NCBI RefSeq assembly: GCF_001194135.2
Contig: NC_068988.1
Span: 69,161,750 to 69,197,762, forward strand
From: Octopus bimaculoides
Taxonomy: Eukaryota
Direction of reading: 5' to 3'
DNA length: 36,013 nucleotides
A program made the translations under genes and the position numbers. The notes under the pieces were generated by a model. The model saw only the letters and a program-made list of their open reading frames with translations, had not been told where the DNA came from and did not search any database. Positions 1 through 11,687 of this stretch are shown here, piece after piece. The number at the start of each line of letters is the position of its first letter. Positions within the stretch are counted from its first letter, which is position 1.

Positions 1-1
1 C

Positions 2-31
<30 letters not shown>

Positions 32-34
<3 letters not shown>

Positions 35-149
35 CACTTTCAATACAGTAACCATAAGAGCATCACAGCAAACCACAGCACATACCCAAGGCACACAGAG
101 CTGCGCTCGGTAGTGAAGTGAAAGCACGTTATAAAAATAAAACTACTGA
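32..149 (+). mobile_element. Extremely 5'-truncated 3' end (last codons plus 3' UTR) of an R4/Dong-like LINE inside (AAT)n
   Basis: About 118 bp of complex sequence with (AAT)n on both sides. It starts ACA CTT TCA ATA CAG TAA (TLSIQ*), resembling the '...HILRKxLS*' C-terminus of R4/Dong ORFs. Confidence 0.5.
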
Positions 150-254
150 ACAATAATAATAATAATAATGATAATAATAATAATAACGATGATGATGATG
201 ATGATGATGATGATAGGAATATTTACAACAACAATAAAAATAATACCTAGAAAC

Positions 255-1325
255 CACACTGATATGCAGTTTGGGGTAAATAAGTGTGTAAGCTTAATAT
301 TGTACATCTTAAAAGATTAAATATGATGGAATAAAAATAAATCAAGATGGTATCAAGATATCACTGGGAGACAATGAAAGATACAAGCACCTATGACTGC
401 TGGATGATGATAAGGTGATGGAAAGGAGAATAAAACAGAAAGTCTCCAAAACATGTAAGAGAAGTATTAGGATGGCACTCAAAACAAAACTAACTGAAGC
501 TAAATGGCATCAAAATGGTCAATACATGGGTTGTGCTAGGGTTGAGATAGTCTGCTTCCATTTTAAAGCAGACAAAGGCAGAGTTACGAGAAATGAACAG
601 AAGAACTAGGAAATAGCTCACAATGCTTAAAGCCAGCCTTAAAGTAATTGTGACAGGCTCTACTTAAGAAATGAAGGAAGCAGAGACTTATTAAATGCAG
701 AAGACATCATCATTGCTGTGATATTGAGTTTTAAAAACGGTGTTGTGCATAGTGAAGATAGAATATAATCTGTGACCAGAAATATTGAAGAAGTTACTGA
801 AACAGTGAAAAGATTCAAGAACAAAGAAAAACAGAATGATAGGACAAATAGCTAGAATGAAAAGGAGAAGGAATGAAAAACTGAATTCCTTATTAAAGCC
901 ACCCAGCAACAAGCCATCAGAAAGAATTTGATAAAGCCAAACATTAATAAAACTCAGGATCTGTTGGAATGGGGATGAAAGTATTAGCCCTCCCTTAGGT
1001 GAGTGTGGTAAGCTAGAACAAAACGTATAAACCTCAGAAGTGTCATTGAGAGTGTACTTGGATGTTAGCCAAGTTTGTGGATTTGAAGTGACAGAAAATT
1101 GATATGAACATATAAGCTATATGCTGTGTTGGTGAATAATTAGAGACTTCCATGGGATTTCTTTGTAGAGACTAACCATGCTATTGAAGCAAGGAAATAA
1201 AATGTGATCGTAGAGGACAGCAAAACAAGCAGTCGAAGGTCACAGATTTTGCAATACTATATGGTAATTGAATGAATATCAAGGCAATTGAGAAAACTAA
1301 GAAATATCAAAAGCTCACAGCTTCG
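255..1325 (+). pseudogene. Degenerate R4/Dong-clade non-LTR retrotransposon ORF fragment 1 (RT C-terminal part, CCHC knuckle region, start of restriction-like endonuclease)
   Basis: Frameshifted and stop-containing translation gives DMQFGVNKC, ERYKHL, MERRIKQKVSKTCKRSIRMALKTKL, NTWVV, CDRLYLRNEGSRDLL, QQQAIRKNLIK, PWDFFVETNHAIEARK and NIKAIEKTKKYQKL. These appear in the order expected for R4/Dong RT-RLE proteins. Confidence 0.8.
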
Positions 1326-1352
1326 AAAGACATGTCCTTCCACTTTGAAACC

Positions 1353-1385
1353 AATAATAATAATGATAATAATAATAATGATAAT

Positions 1386-1430
<45 letters not shown>

Positions 1431-1443
1431 AATAATAATAATG
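1353..1443. repeat. Compound (AAT)n/(AAC)n microsatellite separating two LINE fragments
   Basis: Direct reading. It generates the poly-N, poly-I/T, poly-V/L and poly-C ORFs in the track. Confidence 0.98.
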
Positions 1444-2260
1444 AAAAATGGAGTAGACCCAAAGTGCCGATACTGCAATAATGGGATTGAAACGGTGGAC
1501 CTCCAACCTCTGAGTGTAAGGTTTTAGCACTTGTAGAGTACAAATCAAGACATAACAGAGTTGGCCAATAGCTACATTGGATAATGTGCTGACATTATAA
1601 AATCAAGACTGTTGACAAATGGTACAAGCACCACTCTGAGGCTATAACTGAGGGAGAAAATGTAACGATTCTTTTGAACTTTCCAGACTGGATCATCAAA
1701 GCATATAAACCAGAAATTGTTGTGAAAGACCAAAACAATAAATTTTTTGATTGACATGAGCATACTCTGTGGCCATAATATCTTGGCAAAAGAATTTGAT
1801 AAGCTCAGAAAATATAAAGATTTGCTAATTTAAATCGATAAGATGTGGTATCTCAAGCCGGTTACAATACTAGTGATTGTAGGAGCACTTGGAATGATCA
1901 AAAAAGGAATTGAAAATTATGTAAGTATGACCCCTGGCTTACCATCCATGCAGGAAGTGCAAAAGATTGTCCTAACTGGTACTTCACATGTACTGAGAAG
2001 AGCATTGTTGCTGCGACTTTTCTTTCCTTTTTTCCCCTTTATTTTCTTTGTTTACCTATTTATTTTTCATTTTTTTTCCTTTTTCTCCCTGTCTTTATTC
2101 CTTTTTTTTTCTTTCACATGACTTTGTAAACGAACAATAAGGTGTGCTTATTGCAATGGTCTACCAATACACACAGTGCGTTTCTCTGCCCTAGGTGTCA
2201 GGAAGACTTTTGGCAAGAAATGAAAACAGAATTGAAAGAAGAAGGCAATGAAAATGATAT
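1441..2260 (+). pseudogene. Degenerate R4/Dong-clade LINE fragment 2 (CCHC knuckle, RLE endonuclease, C-terminus and probable 3' UTR)
   Basis: DPKCRYCNNGIETVD, YKSRHNRVGQ*LHW, KWYKH, KPEIVVKD, LIDMS, KEFDKLRKYKDL, MWYLKPVTILVIVGALGMIKK and VQKIVLTGTSHVLRRAL. The coding part ends near 2010, and an (AAT)n tail begins at about 2263. Confidence 0.85.
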
Positions 2261-2262
2261 TG

Positions 2263-2299
<37 letters not shown>

Positions 2300-2315
2300 T
2301 AATAATAATAATAAT

Positions 2316-2528
2316 GGCTTCAAATTTTGCCACAAGGGCAGCCATTTTGAGGAAGGGTTGAGTCAATTACATCAAACCCAGTGCTTGACTGGTACTTACT
2401 TTACCAGCCCTGAAAGGATGAGATGCAAAGTCAACTGCAATAGAATTTGATCCCAGAATGTAGCAACGGGCAAAACACCGCTAAGCATTTCCTTGAGCAA
2501 GTTAACAATTCTGCCAGCTCACCACCCT
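2316..2528 (-). mobile_element. tRNA-derived SINE family A copy
   Basis: Minus strand reads GGTGGTGAGCTGGCAGAAT (head), then CTTTGCATCTCATCCTTTCAGGG...AAGTACCAGT...TGGGTTTGATGTAATTGAC. This matches other copies at 15600, 20165, 30466, 32942 and 33248. Confidence 0.85.
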
Positions 2529-2546
2529 AATAATGATGATGATGAT

Positions 2547-2730
2547 AAAAGACGGTGAACTTGCATTTCTTTTGGCTCTTTACAGTGTGAGTTCAAACAC
2601 CATCAAGGCCAAGTTTGCCTTTCTTTTTTTTAGGGTCTCTAAAATAAAGTACCAGTCAAGAACTAGGGTTGATGTAATGGACATACCCCACCCCCTCCTT
2701 GTACTGAAATTGGGAAGAATTATTAGTATT
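2547..2730 (+). mobile_element. Degenerate SINE family A copy, head-to-head with the previous one
   Basis: AAAGACGGTGAACTTG...GTGAGTTCAAAC...AAGTTTGCCTTTC...AAATAAAGTACCAGTC...GGGTTGATGTAATGGAC. Confidence 0.65.
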
Positions 2731-4019
2731 ATTAAAGGTGACTAATTTTCAATCTCTTGAAGTCCTATACCAAAGACGTTTTTATCAAATACATTATCCA
2801 TGTATGTTCTGAATATGACCTTCTAGTGGTGGACATCCTTCTCCAGTCTATAACAAAGCTAGTAACCAGAGATATGAGGAATTATTAATGTCAAATAATA
2901 GAACAAGTAACTGAATCTGGGTTATAGCATTAGTTTCACTGAAGCTTCTGCCAGGGATCTATGATAACTGCCTAAATTAACTAAGATCTTTCTCATTGAG
3001 AAGACAAGTCAATGGTAATTCCAATTTTCTTCTTTCTTAAATATTGAACAATTAATTATAATCATTAATAGTTTTCTTTATAATTAGTATAATCCTTTAT
3101 TCTTCAGTGCTGCCACAGCTGGCTTCTAAGTTTTGAAATCTTGATGGGACTTTAACGATAGCCTTTTGTTCATCTATTTGACTTAATATCATTTCATTAT
3201 GTTTTATATGAGATGCTCTGTTACAAGCATAAATCAACTGTTTTTGTATTGTTAATAATAAATTAATTAATATTTTACAGTAAATATTTAATTAATATTG
3301 ATTAATTAATTACGGGTTAATGATTTGAAGTTAATTAGTGTTCATTTTTCAGTTATTATTTTTGATGTGTTTTTTGAAAAAAATCTATTTTCCTTATTTT
3401 ATTTTGGAAAAATCTATTTTTCTTTTGTGAAGAAATTATTGCAACATCAGCATTAACAACAAACAAAAGGAAGTATTCTGTACATGAACCTGAGTGTTTG
3501 GGTTTTTAAAAGAAGATCAGCAACTGTGAAGTTGTGTTGTTCATTACTTAATAAAGGTTTCAAGAAATTATGAGAAACAGTTTCTAACAAGAGTTAAAAA
3601 TCTTATCCTGGGCTCATCTCACTGTCATTCAGCTTAACACCATCATCTGGTCTTTGTGTGCCTTTAGTGGGCTGTAATCCCTAGCATTCAGGCTAGGTGC
3701 CTCATCATGATAACCTGCTGTAATACTTCCTATTTCAACAATCTATGTCATGAAGTTTATATAAATATCATACATGCTACTATTCTTTAAGTCATACAAT
3801 ATAAACCTTATAGACACTACAACATTACAACTTTTTATAAAGCTAAAACATGTGTTTCCGTGTAACTTATAGTTTTATGCCTTAGTGAAAGAGATTTCTA
3901 CAAGCCATTGTTATTTTTATAAGAGTATGTTGATACGAATATCAAAAATAAGAAGCTATATCAGATTACAACAAATTTGTATCAAAATATGCCAAAATAC
4001 ACTTATAGGTAAGAATTTA

Positions 4020-4215
4020 AAATCAAACTTTACTTAAGTATGTGTTAAACTACACTTAAATGCACATCAAACTATACCTAAACTTGTATTGAACTATCTA
4101 TAAACTTGTGTAAAACTGTATTAAAAATATATATTAAACTATATTTAATCTGCACTAAACATAATAAATAATAAACTTGAACAAAACTTTATCAAATTAT
4201 ACTTAAACATGTATC
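4020..4215. repeat. Degenerate short-unit tandem repeat (AAACTATACTT / AAACATGTATC-like, about 11/22 bp)
   Basis: Recurring AAACT(A/T)TAC(C/T)TAAA motifs. A related array lies at about 7695-8110. Confidence 0.5.
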
Positions 4216-4439
4216 AAACAACCCTTTCTCAACCTATTTTTATCCAGGGCCCTTCTAGAAGCACTACTTCAGAATCAAAGACCTGACTCTTTTCTCAAAT
4301 GAGGAGACATCACAAAGGGATACAAAATAATTTATCATGGAACACAAATAAATAAACTTTCTGATATAGTAGACATAACTGAACAAGAACTGCATGAAAT
4401 TTAAAATTTAATATTTATTATGGCTATTGCAATTTTTGA

Positions 4440-5870
4440 GGCTGGTGTTTGTTAACTAACTCTATGATGTTGGGCACCAGGTTAGATAAAGATTTTGTTT
4501 TAAGAATATTTCATACTCAACCAAATACATTGAAGGAAATATAATGAAATATATTTGAGCATTTTCCAACAGTGTCAGAAGTTTATTTTGCAGATCACTT
4601 ATGATTCGAAAACTCATTGAATTGGTGATATCAGCCTTGAGCAATGAAATCCTCTTGAATCTCTGTCAAAACTTGGGTAAGTTTTATTGCAAATGAATAT
4701 TGAACCCAACTGAGATATTAAACTCTAAAGAACCATTAAATGTTTCTTGTATATCTTTAGGCATTTATTTAAGATTATTCATGTAAACAATAAAGTCATT
4801 GCCTTTCAATGCATCAGAGGTCATTTTCAGGTTTGGAAATTATGAAAATCTCAAACAATTGCTTCCAGACTTTCTTCAAGGCTACTCTTTTTAGCCTGTA
4901 ATGTAGTATTTAATAGATAGAGATATTTTTCTTTTCACGATATTTGTCAGAAAAATCATAATCTGTCTTAGCATCAACAAGTTCTTCATTCTCTTTATCA
5001 GACATAAAAAAAACTATGGTGATCCTGAATGTCTCAAAATGTTGAAGATAGTTTCCCTGAGAAAAGCACCCACTCCTCAGTCTGCTGCAACAATATTCAG
5101 TTTTCATCGTTTGCTTCATTCAGCTGTCAAGCATCGGATTTGATGAAGTTTACTATATTTATGACAACTGAAAGTGAAAGACTTCCAAGATGTCTTCCAA
5201 AATTTTTGCAACTAGGTGTTCCATTTGAATCATGCAATGAATAGTGATCAAAGTCTGTATAATCTTATTTCAGTTGGGTTGTAAATCCTTTATAATAATG
5301 AATCATAGAAGCAGCACCATCAGTTACACACTAAATTATGTTCCCTTTGGAATATTGCCTATGCTTAGCTAGTCTTTGATGTCTTCAAAAATTTACAATT
5401 CCTTAACGTATCTTTTAATCTTCCCAGCAAACAATATCACTTCTATCAGTTCATTTCTATTCTGGAATCTTATATAAACTATGAGATGAGAATTGTTACC
5501 TTGCAAAGTTGTTTTGTCTATTTGCAAAAAGAATTATAACTGGATTGAAGTAAACCATTTCTTCTTCCTTGTCATGTGTCATCTCACCATTTCATCTGGC
5601 AACTTTGGAGTTATTCAAAGGAATTGCTTGAATGGTTTCATTGGTACTCAAAATCATGATGTCAGATATTATTGTTGCCAATGCAGGCAAGGAAACTGAT
5701 TCATTAATGTTGTAATGATTTCCATTTTAAACGATCAGTTTCCTTATTTGTATGATGCAACAAGACCCTTTTCTAATCTATATGATTTTTGAAGTGCTTA
5801 TTTCAGCAGCATTTTGATAGAATTCAATGACCTATCATTTTAGTTTGGATGAAAGGCATCCAGCTGTTTT
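4440..5870 (-). pseudogene. Decayed hAT (Buster/Charlie, ZBED5/GTF2IRD2-like) transposase
   Basis: Minus-strand motifs in correct order: GLVASYK, IQAIPLNNSKVAR, DKTTLQGNNSHLIVYIRF (cf. DEST..LL.YVRF), CVTDGAASM, HCMIQMEHLVAK, VINIVNFIKS, SQGNYLQHF and FIIFPSMYLVEY (cf. FPSSYLVERGFS). Many stops and frameshifts. TIRs not found. Confidence 0.8.
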
Positions 5871-6923
5871 TTTTTTTTTCTTCTTTATCTTAAATTTGCT
5901 CAATTTCAAACTTTCCTTTAATGATATAGATTGGCAAGGATAGGTATGGCAGAAATGCAATGAAGGAATATACTAAGCATAAAACTCATGAGTAAAATTA
6001 TTTATGCAAACAAAAGTAAATATTGACTGATTATAAAAATAGTTTTGTATTGTTAAGATATGGAAACATTGCTTAGCAATTATCACTAAAGAATTTTAGA
6101 AAGAGAAACAATTGCCTGATAAACAATACTTAACACTTTAACCTTCATTTATAAGAATGTAAATAACAGACAGCATTGAAATAATTCCAGAAATTTTATA
6201 TATAACTATAATAATATTTACAAGAAGGACCCTTGAAAATTTCACAGTCTAAGTCAGCACATTTGCAAACATTATGTTGATATATTAAAAACAAGCAAGG
6301 AATTCCAAAAGATTCTTATGAAATCCTGCCATTCGATTAAAATTGTACTTTTAAATATAACAGTCCGTTTCAGTTTGGCTATTTATTTATTCATTTATTT
6401 GTATATCTACTAATATATCACTCTATCTACATGCCTATTGATATATCTGTAAACTCACCTACCTACATATCTATGTGTCTGTCTATCTAATCAACTATCA
6501 TATCTACTTTCCTATCTGTGAATGTATGTATCTGTCTACTCTCATAATACTGAGAAGCATTTAAACCTAATAATAAAAATAATAAAAATGAATAATGCCT
6601 GCACCTCTGCAAATCTACAGCTTTTCTTTTGAAACATGTAAAAGATAAAAATGTAACATCCACAACTATTTGCTAACTAATGATCTTTCACTATAATTAA
6701 CTATCCATTGATATGTCTTTTAGTACATAAATTTATAAATCTTCAAGACATTGTTTCATTATCTTAAACAATTTGATTCTGCTTGCAATTTAAACACACA
6801 AATGCATAATATCGACCTTCTCTTTCCTTCTTTATCTCTCTCCATCATGTTTTCTCTTTCTACTTATTCCCCGATTCCACTTTTTTTGTTACTCTCTTTG
6901 CTTCCCCACTCTTTCTCTCTTTA

Positions 6924-7135
6924 CAGGGTGTCCACAAATTCTGGGTACATGATGATTAGCACATACATTAAGAAATTATTATTTCATAGATTTTATTGTT
7001 TATGTTATGATTTTATTTACTCCATCTACCCACATGGGGATTAACACACACGTCACAAAATTATTATTTCTTATATTTAATTGTTTATGTTATGATTTTA
7101 TTTATTCCATGTACCCAAACATTGTGGACACCCTG
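6924..7135. mobile_element. Tc1/mariner-type MITE (212 bp) with TA TSD
   Basis: TA|CAGGGTGTCCACAA...TTGTGGACACCCTG|TA. The TIR extends to 28 bp with 3 mismatches. There is an internal direct repeat with 85-bp period. Confidence 0.85.
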
Positions 7136-7379
7136 TATATATTTTTCCATTTGAGTTATTACCTCCCTTGTTGTAACACAGACAAAACTGGCAGATAGCA
7201 GAAACAAGCAGATAATTTAGAATAGTGAACAGTTGTGAGATATACAAACTAGAACTGCAATAGAAGGGGTCTTTGAAAAAAATTCTGATGAGAGGAACAA
7301 GAATACTGTCAGGCTGTAATCTACAACTGTGCAGTTACTTCAATATAGAACCAAATATATTTTCTCAAAGACATACACG

Positions 7380-7503
7380 TAAGTGCTACCAAGGATAAAT
7401 TAACAGGATTACAATTGCTCTTAATACCAGATAAAATTTACTCAACCCTTGAAGGTGTGTCCCAGTATGGCCATAGACCAATGACTGAACAGAGTAAAAA
7501 ATA
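7380..7503 (+). mobile_element. 3' tail fragment of the CORE-type SINE
   Basis: GAAGGTGTGTCCCAGTATGGCCATAGACCAATGACTGAAC matches the tails at about 12050-12100 and 8810-8840. Confidence 0.55.
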
Positions 7504-7756
7504 AATGATAATCGATTACATGACATGGTATCAGATCCTGCTTCAAGTCTCTCTTAATTTACATTTAAATTTTTCATTTGCCAGGGTCTATTATGTCCAT
7601 GCAAGCCTTCTCTGGCTTTCCAGGCTGTGGCCCTCACTTCTAGAGTGTGACAAGGCCCACCATCAAAGACCATGGCCTCAGTTGAGATTGTCTATATTAA
7701 ACTATACCTAAGCTTGCACCAAACTATTCCGAAATAAAAATTAATCTGCACTTAAA

Positions 7757-7978
7757 CATCATCATCATCATCATCATCATCATCATTAACATCCACTTTC
7801 TATGCTGGCAAAAGTTGGACAGTTGGACTGAAGATTGGTAAGCTGGGGAGCTGCACCAGGTTCCAATCTGATTCGGCATGGTTTCTACAGCTGGATGCCC
7901 TTCCTAATGTCAACTGCTCCAAGAGTGTAGTGAGTGCTTTTTTACCTGCCACCAGCATGGGTGCCATTGACATGACAA
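7757..7978 (-). mobile_element. SINE-like family B copy with (GAT)n tail
   Basis: (CAT)n, then TAACATCCACTTTCTATGCTGGCA...TTTCTACAGCTGGATGCCCTTCCTAA. Matches 24645-24860, 33553-33870 and 14040-14197. Confidence 0.85.
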
Positions 7979-8149
7979 TCTGTGCTAAAATTGTTTTAAA
8001 ACAAATGTCAAACTATTCTTAAACATGAACCAGACTGTATCAAAGAATACATAAACATATATTAAACTATACCTAAATATCCACTAAATTTCACTTAATG
8101 TCTACTTAAGCTTACAAAAATTCATTGCTCATTTTTGTACCATGAGTAT

Positions 8150-8860
8150 TTCATTGTGATTTGATTAAGAAGCTTGTTTTGCAAGCATGTAGTTTCAGAT
8201 TCAGTTTCATTGTGCAGAACTTTTGGAAAATGTCTTCAACAAAAGTCCTGGTCAATCAATGCCTTGTAAGGAAATTTGGTGGATGGAAGCTGTCAGAAAA
8301 TCCAGCATTTGTACGTACATATATATATATGTATGTCTTCGTTTTCGCTTTTTGATTTTAAATTGTGATCAGCCACCTGCTTTGGTTGTAAGATCGTAAA
8401 GGAAAGTATCTTCTTTTAACCATCATACTTTAAATCTTAAGAAAGTTTTGCAGATTTTTATAATCTTAGATATAATGATCATTTGTGGCATATGAACTAA
8501 GGATATACATTCTCTCCCCAAAATCCCAAATTCAGCCATATTTTGCTCCAGATGGGTTGGTATGTATCCTGTTACTTTAATAACAATAGGTATGAAGCTG
8601 ATAGTGTATCTTGGGTACTGGATTTGTAAAAATATATGTATATATATTTTTGTCTGTCCTCACCTCCACTTGACAACCAGTATTGGTTTGTCTACATCCC
8701 TACAACTCAGCAGTTTAGTGAAAGAGACCACTAGAATAAACATCAAACTTTAGAAAGAAATAAGTACAAGAATTGATTTATTCCACTAAACTGTTCAAAA
8801 CATTATCTCAGAAAGGCCGCCGTTCAATGACTGAAATAAGTGGAGGACAAAAGAGATAAA
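8150..8860 (+). mobile_element. Degenerate CORE-type SINE split by about 300 bp of unrelated sequence in its central (TA)n tract
   Basis: Head/CORE half at about 8150-8335 (GGAAAATGTCTTCAACAAAAGTCCTGGTCAATCAATGCCTTGT...GATGGAAGCTG). Tail half at about 8640-8860 (CTTGACAACCAGTATTGG...GAGACC...AATGACTGAAATAAG). Both halves match the 11465-12115 copy. Confidence 0.65.
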
Positions 8861-9499
8861 TTAATGTGATAAAATGTCTCAATGCTGATTTCTGAATTGC
8901 TGCTTAGTAATTACATTATCAAATCTAATAATTATATACTATTTAACATAACCATCTACGTAGTTATGTATACAATAAATACTTGTTTTATTATTATATA
9001 AGCTCCATGTGATTTTCAACTGACTATTTAACTGACACTCTTTACTGTGAACTTCATAATAACTGAAAATGTTTGTCTCTCTTGCCAATACGAAAAACTT
9101 TTATAAACTATTATATCTAATGTGTACATACATTATCAATAATCTATGCATTAATTACACCTTCCCTGTGCACTACTAATTCATTAGCAGTCTTTGAGAA
9201 TAGATCAACATCTTTTAATCCATAAGAATGATGTACCCACACCTTTAATGAGTAATAATGAAGCTTGTCATATAAAGACAACAGAGTTAGCTTGTAACCT
9301 TTTGAACTGTGTTTTTAAGAATATTATCATGTTTCAATCTTCTAAGCACCTTCAGTTTGTCTATTATGTTCTTCATAGAATTCATTAAAGACTGTCAAGA
9401 GCTATTATTTGACTAGAGTTTTCTACTTACAGTAATAGCAATGATAGCAAGATCAAAGGTTTAAAAGCATATATATATATTTACCCCGTCCACACACAG

Positions 9500-10674
9500 A
9501 TCTAATCAGAATGAAATCAAAGACAGTATTATGGAATTTTTGCAGAAAGTTGCAACTTACAGAAGCACTACTTAACTACTACAATGATGATGATTCACTT
9601 GTTAGAAACAAAAGCAATTATCTTTCATCTAAAGGTAGGAATAAAACACTTGATGGCTTGTGTGACCACATTCTGAATTTCTTTTGAATTATCTTATGCA
9701 GACAAAGAATTAACTCAAAACTTCAGCACTATTCAATGGAAAAACCTAATTGAATTACAAAATGATAAAGAATTGACAATCAAAGAAACTGATAAAGGGA
9801 GTGCTGTAGTACAGATGAACACAGAAGCCTACAAAGATCTAGAACTGCCCATGATAGAAAATAATGAAAATCCTTCATCCTTACTTCACCTACACACAAA
9901 AGGTCTGGCAGACAAAGAAATCAACCTTACATTTAAAATTTGTTATATAACAAATTTTAAATGTAAACCTAATCCTTTCTATGGTTTACCAAAAATCCAC
10001 AAAAGCCAGACAATTAATGAAGCCTACAAAGAATTATCAGACATATACATAAATGTCCAATCACCAAGAGATTAAAAATTATGACCTATTAAGGCTGGCC
10101 CATCATGTGAAACTCACTGCTTAAGCAACTTTCTGGATATTGTACTGAAACCCCATTCTTAAATACTCTTCAAACATGAATTTATCAAAAGTAAAAGAAA
10201 AATCAACCAAAATTACTCAAGAGAATTCTGACAGATGCAAAATTACACTCAATGACAACAGAACCAAGAGTTAAAAGATACAGGTGACTTAACTGTGGAA
10301 TATATGTGAATCTACAGGAAGGTTTGGAATTCAATTTTAAACCAGGTAAAAGATTCAGAATTAGAACTGAGTTTACTTGTGCATCTGAAAACTTAATCCA
10401 CATCATAACTTGTTCAAGATGTGGTCACAGCTATATAGGATAACTAAGAATGTCTCTCCAATGGAGAACAACACTGTATAGAGAACAAATTCATTTCTCA
10501 AGATATAGACAAATACCACTAAGTGAACACAGAGAAAGATGTGCAAGGAATCTCCAACCAAACTTCAAAACTTTCCTTATATACCAATACACTGGAACAA
10601 CTATACAGCTATGGTTAAATAAAGAGACTACACATATTGAGAAATATCAACTTCACCTTAATATGAACAAATAA
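9500..10674 (+). pseudogene. Internally deleted Penelope-like retroelement (RT N-terminal part fused to GIY-YIG endonuclease)
   Basis: IKETDKGSAVVQMN, PNPFYGLPKIHKS and LKL*PIKAGPSCETHCLSNFLDIVLKP, followed directly by FIKSKR, PKLLKRILT, FTCASENLIHIITCSRCGHSYIG (GIY-YIG-type) and YRQIPLSEH. The RT core with YxDD is absent. Confidence 0.85.
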
Positions 10675-10789
10675 TTTTTGAATACGTAAATATTTTAGTT
10701 CATAAACATATATCTTTTTAATCTACTTATGTATAATGAATTTACTTTCCAAAAACAGAAAAGAAAGAGTTATTACTTTCTCTTCTTCT

Positions 10790-11010
10790 AATAATCCTTT
10801 CTACTATAAGGACAAAGCCTGAAATTTCGTGGGAGTAGGTAAGTCAGTAACATCACCCCCTGAGCTCAACTGGTAATTCTTATATCAACCCAAAAATAAT
10901 GAAAAGCAAAGTCAATCTCAACTGAATTTGAACTCAGAGTGTAAAGACAGACAAAAAGCCAATAAGCATTTTGCCCGGTGTGCTAGCAATGCGGCCAGTT
11001 CACTGCCTTA
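10790..11010 (-). mobile_element. SINE family A copy
   Basis: Plus strand CAACTGGTAATTCTTATATCAACCC...AAAAGCAAAGTCAATCTC...GAATTTGAACTCAGA...AAGCATTTTGCCCGG...CCAGTTCACTGCCTTA. Confidence 0.8.
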
Positions 11011-11360
11011 ACTTTTACTACTTCTAACAGTAACAATATCGAATTATAGCCTCTGAAATCTATTGAGAACCTGATTCATTTACAAAATACTTCTTCTACC
11101 ACTAACATGGAATGAAGACTTTTATCATAGCATGAAATTATAACATTATCACTAACTACTTAATCATAATTAACATAAGTGAATCTGGTCCAGTATATAG
11201 ATATTTTATTTCATAAATATATATGCTTTTATATATTTTTTACAACATAAAATTTCTATACCTTCTCCTTCTTTTTATATTTCTTGTTATACTTTACTAC
11301 CTGGAATTTTTCTCAAACTATTTTACTATGTGTGCACATGTACATGCAGGTGCATGTGCA

Positions 11361-11398
<38 letters not shown>

Positions 11399-11464
11399 TG
11401 TATATATGTGTGTGTGTGTGTGTGTGTGTATAGGCACAAGAATGGCTATAGGTGCAAGAGTGGC

Positions 11465-11648
11465 TTACAACACAGGAGTAGCTGTGTGGTGTGTGTCTTA
11501 TTTACCAATCACATGGTTTTCGGTTTAGTTCCACTATGTGGCACCTTGGGCAAGTGTCAATCAAAGCCTTGGGTCAATCAAAGCCTTGTGAGTGGATTTG
11601 GTAGATGGAAACTGAAAGAAACCTATTGTATGTATGTATGTATGTATG

Positions 11649-11687
<39 letters not shown>

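Noticed and set aside
1257-1548. Poly-N/I/T/V/L/C ORFs in all frames
   Set aside because: Translations of the (AAT)/(AAC) microsatellite. Only the C-terminal DPKCRYC part is LINE-derived.
2900-2960. RSFS hAT-dimerisation-like tetrapeptide on the minus strand
   Set aside because: Four residues with no supporting flanking motifs.
7285-7310. CTGATGA heptamer
   Set aside because: No stem II followed by GAAA, so not a hammerhead.
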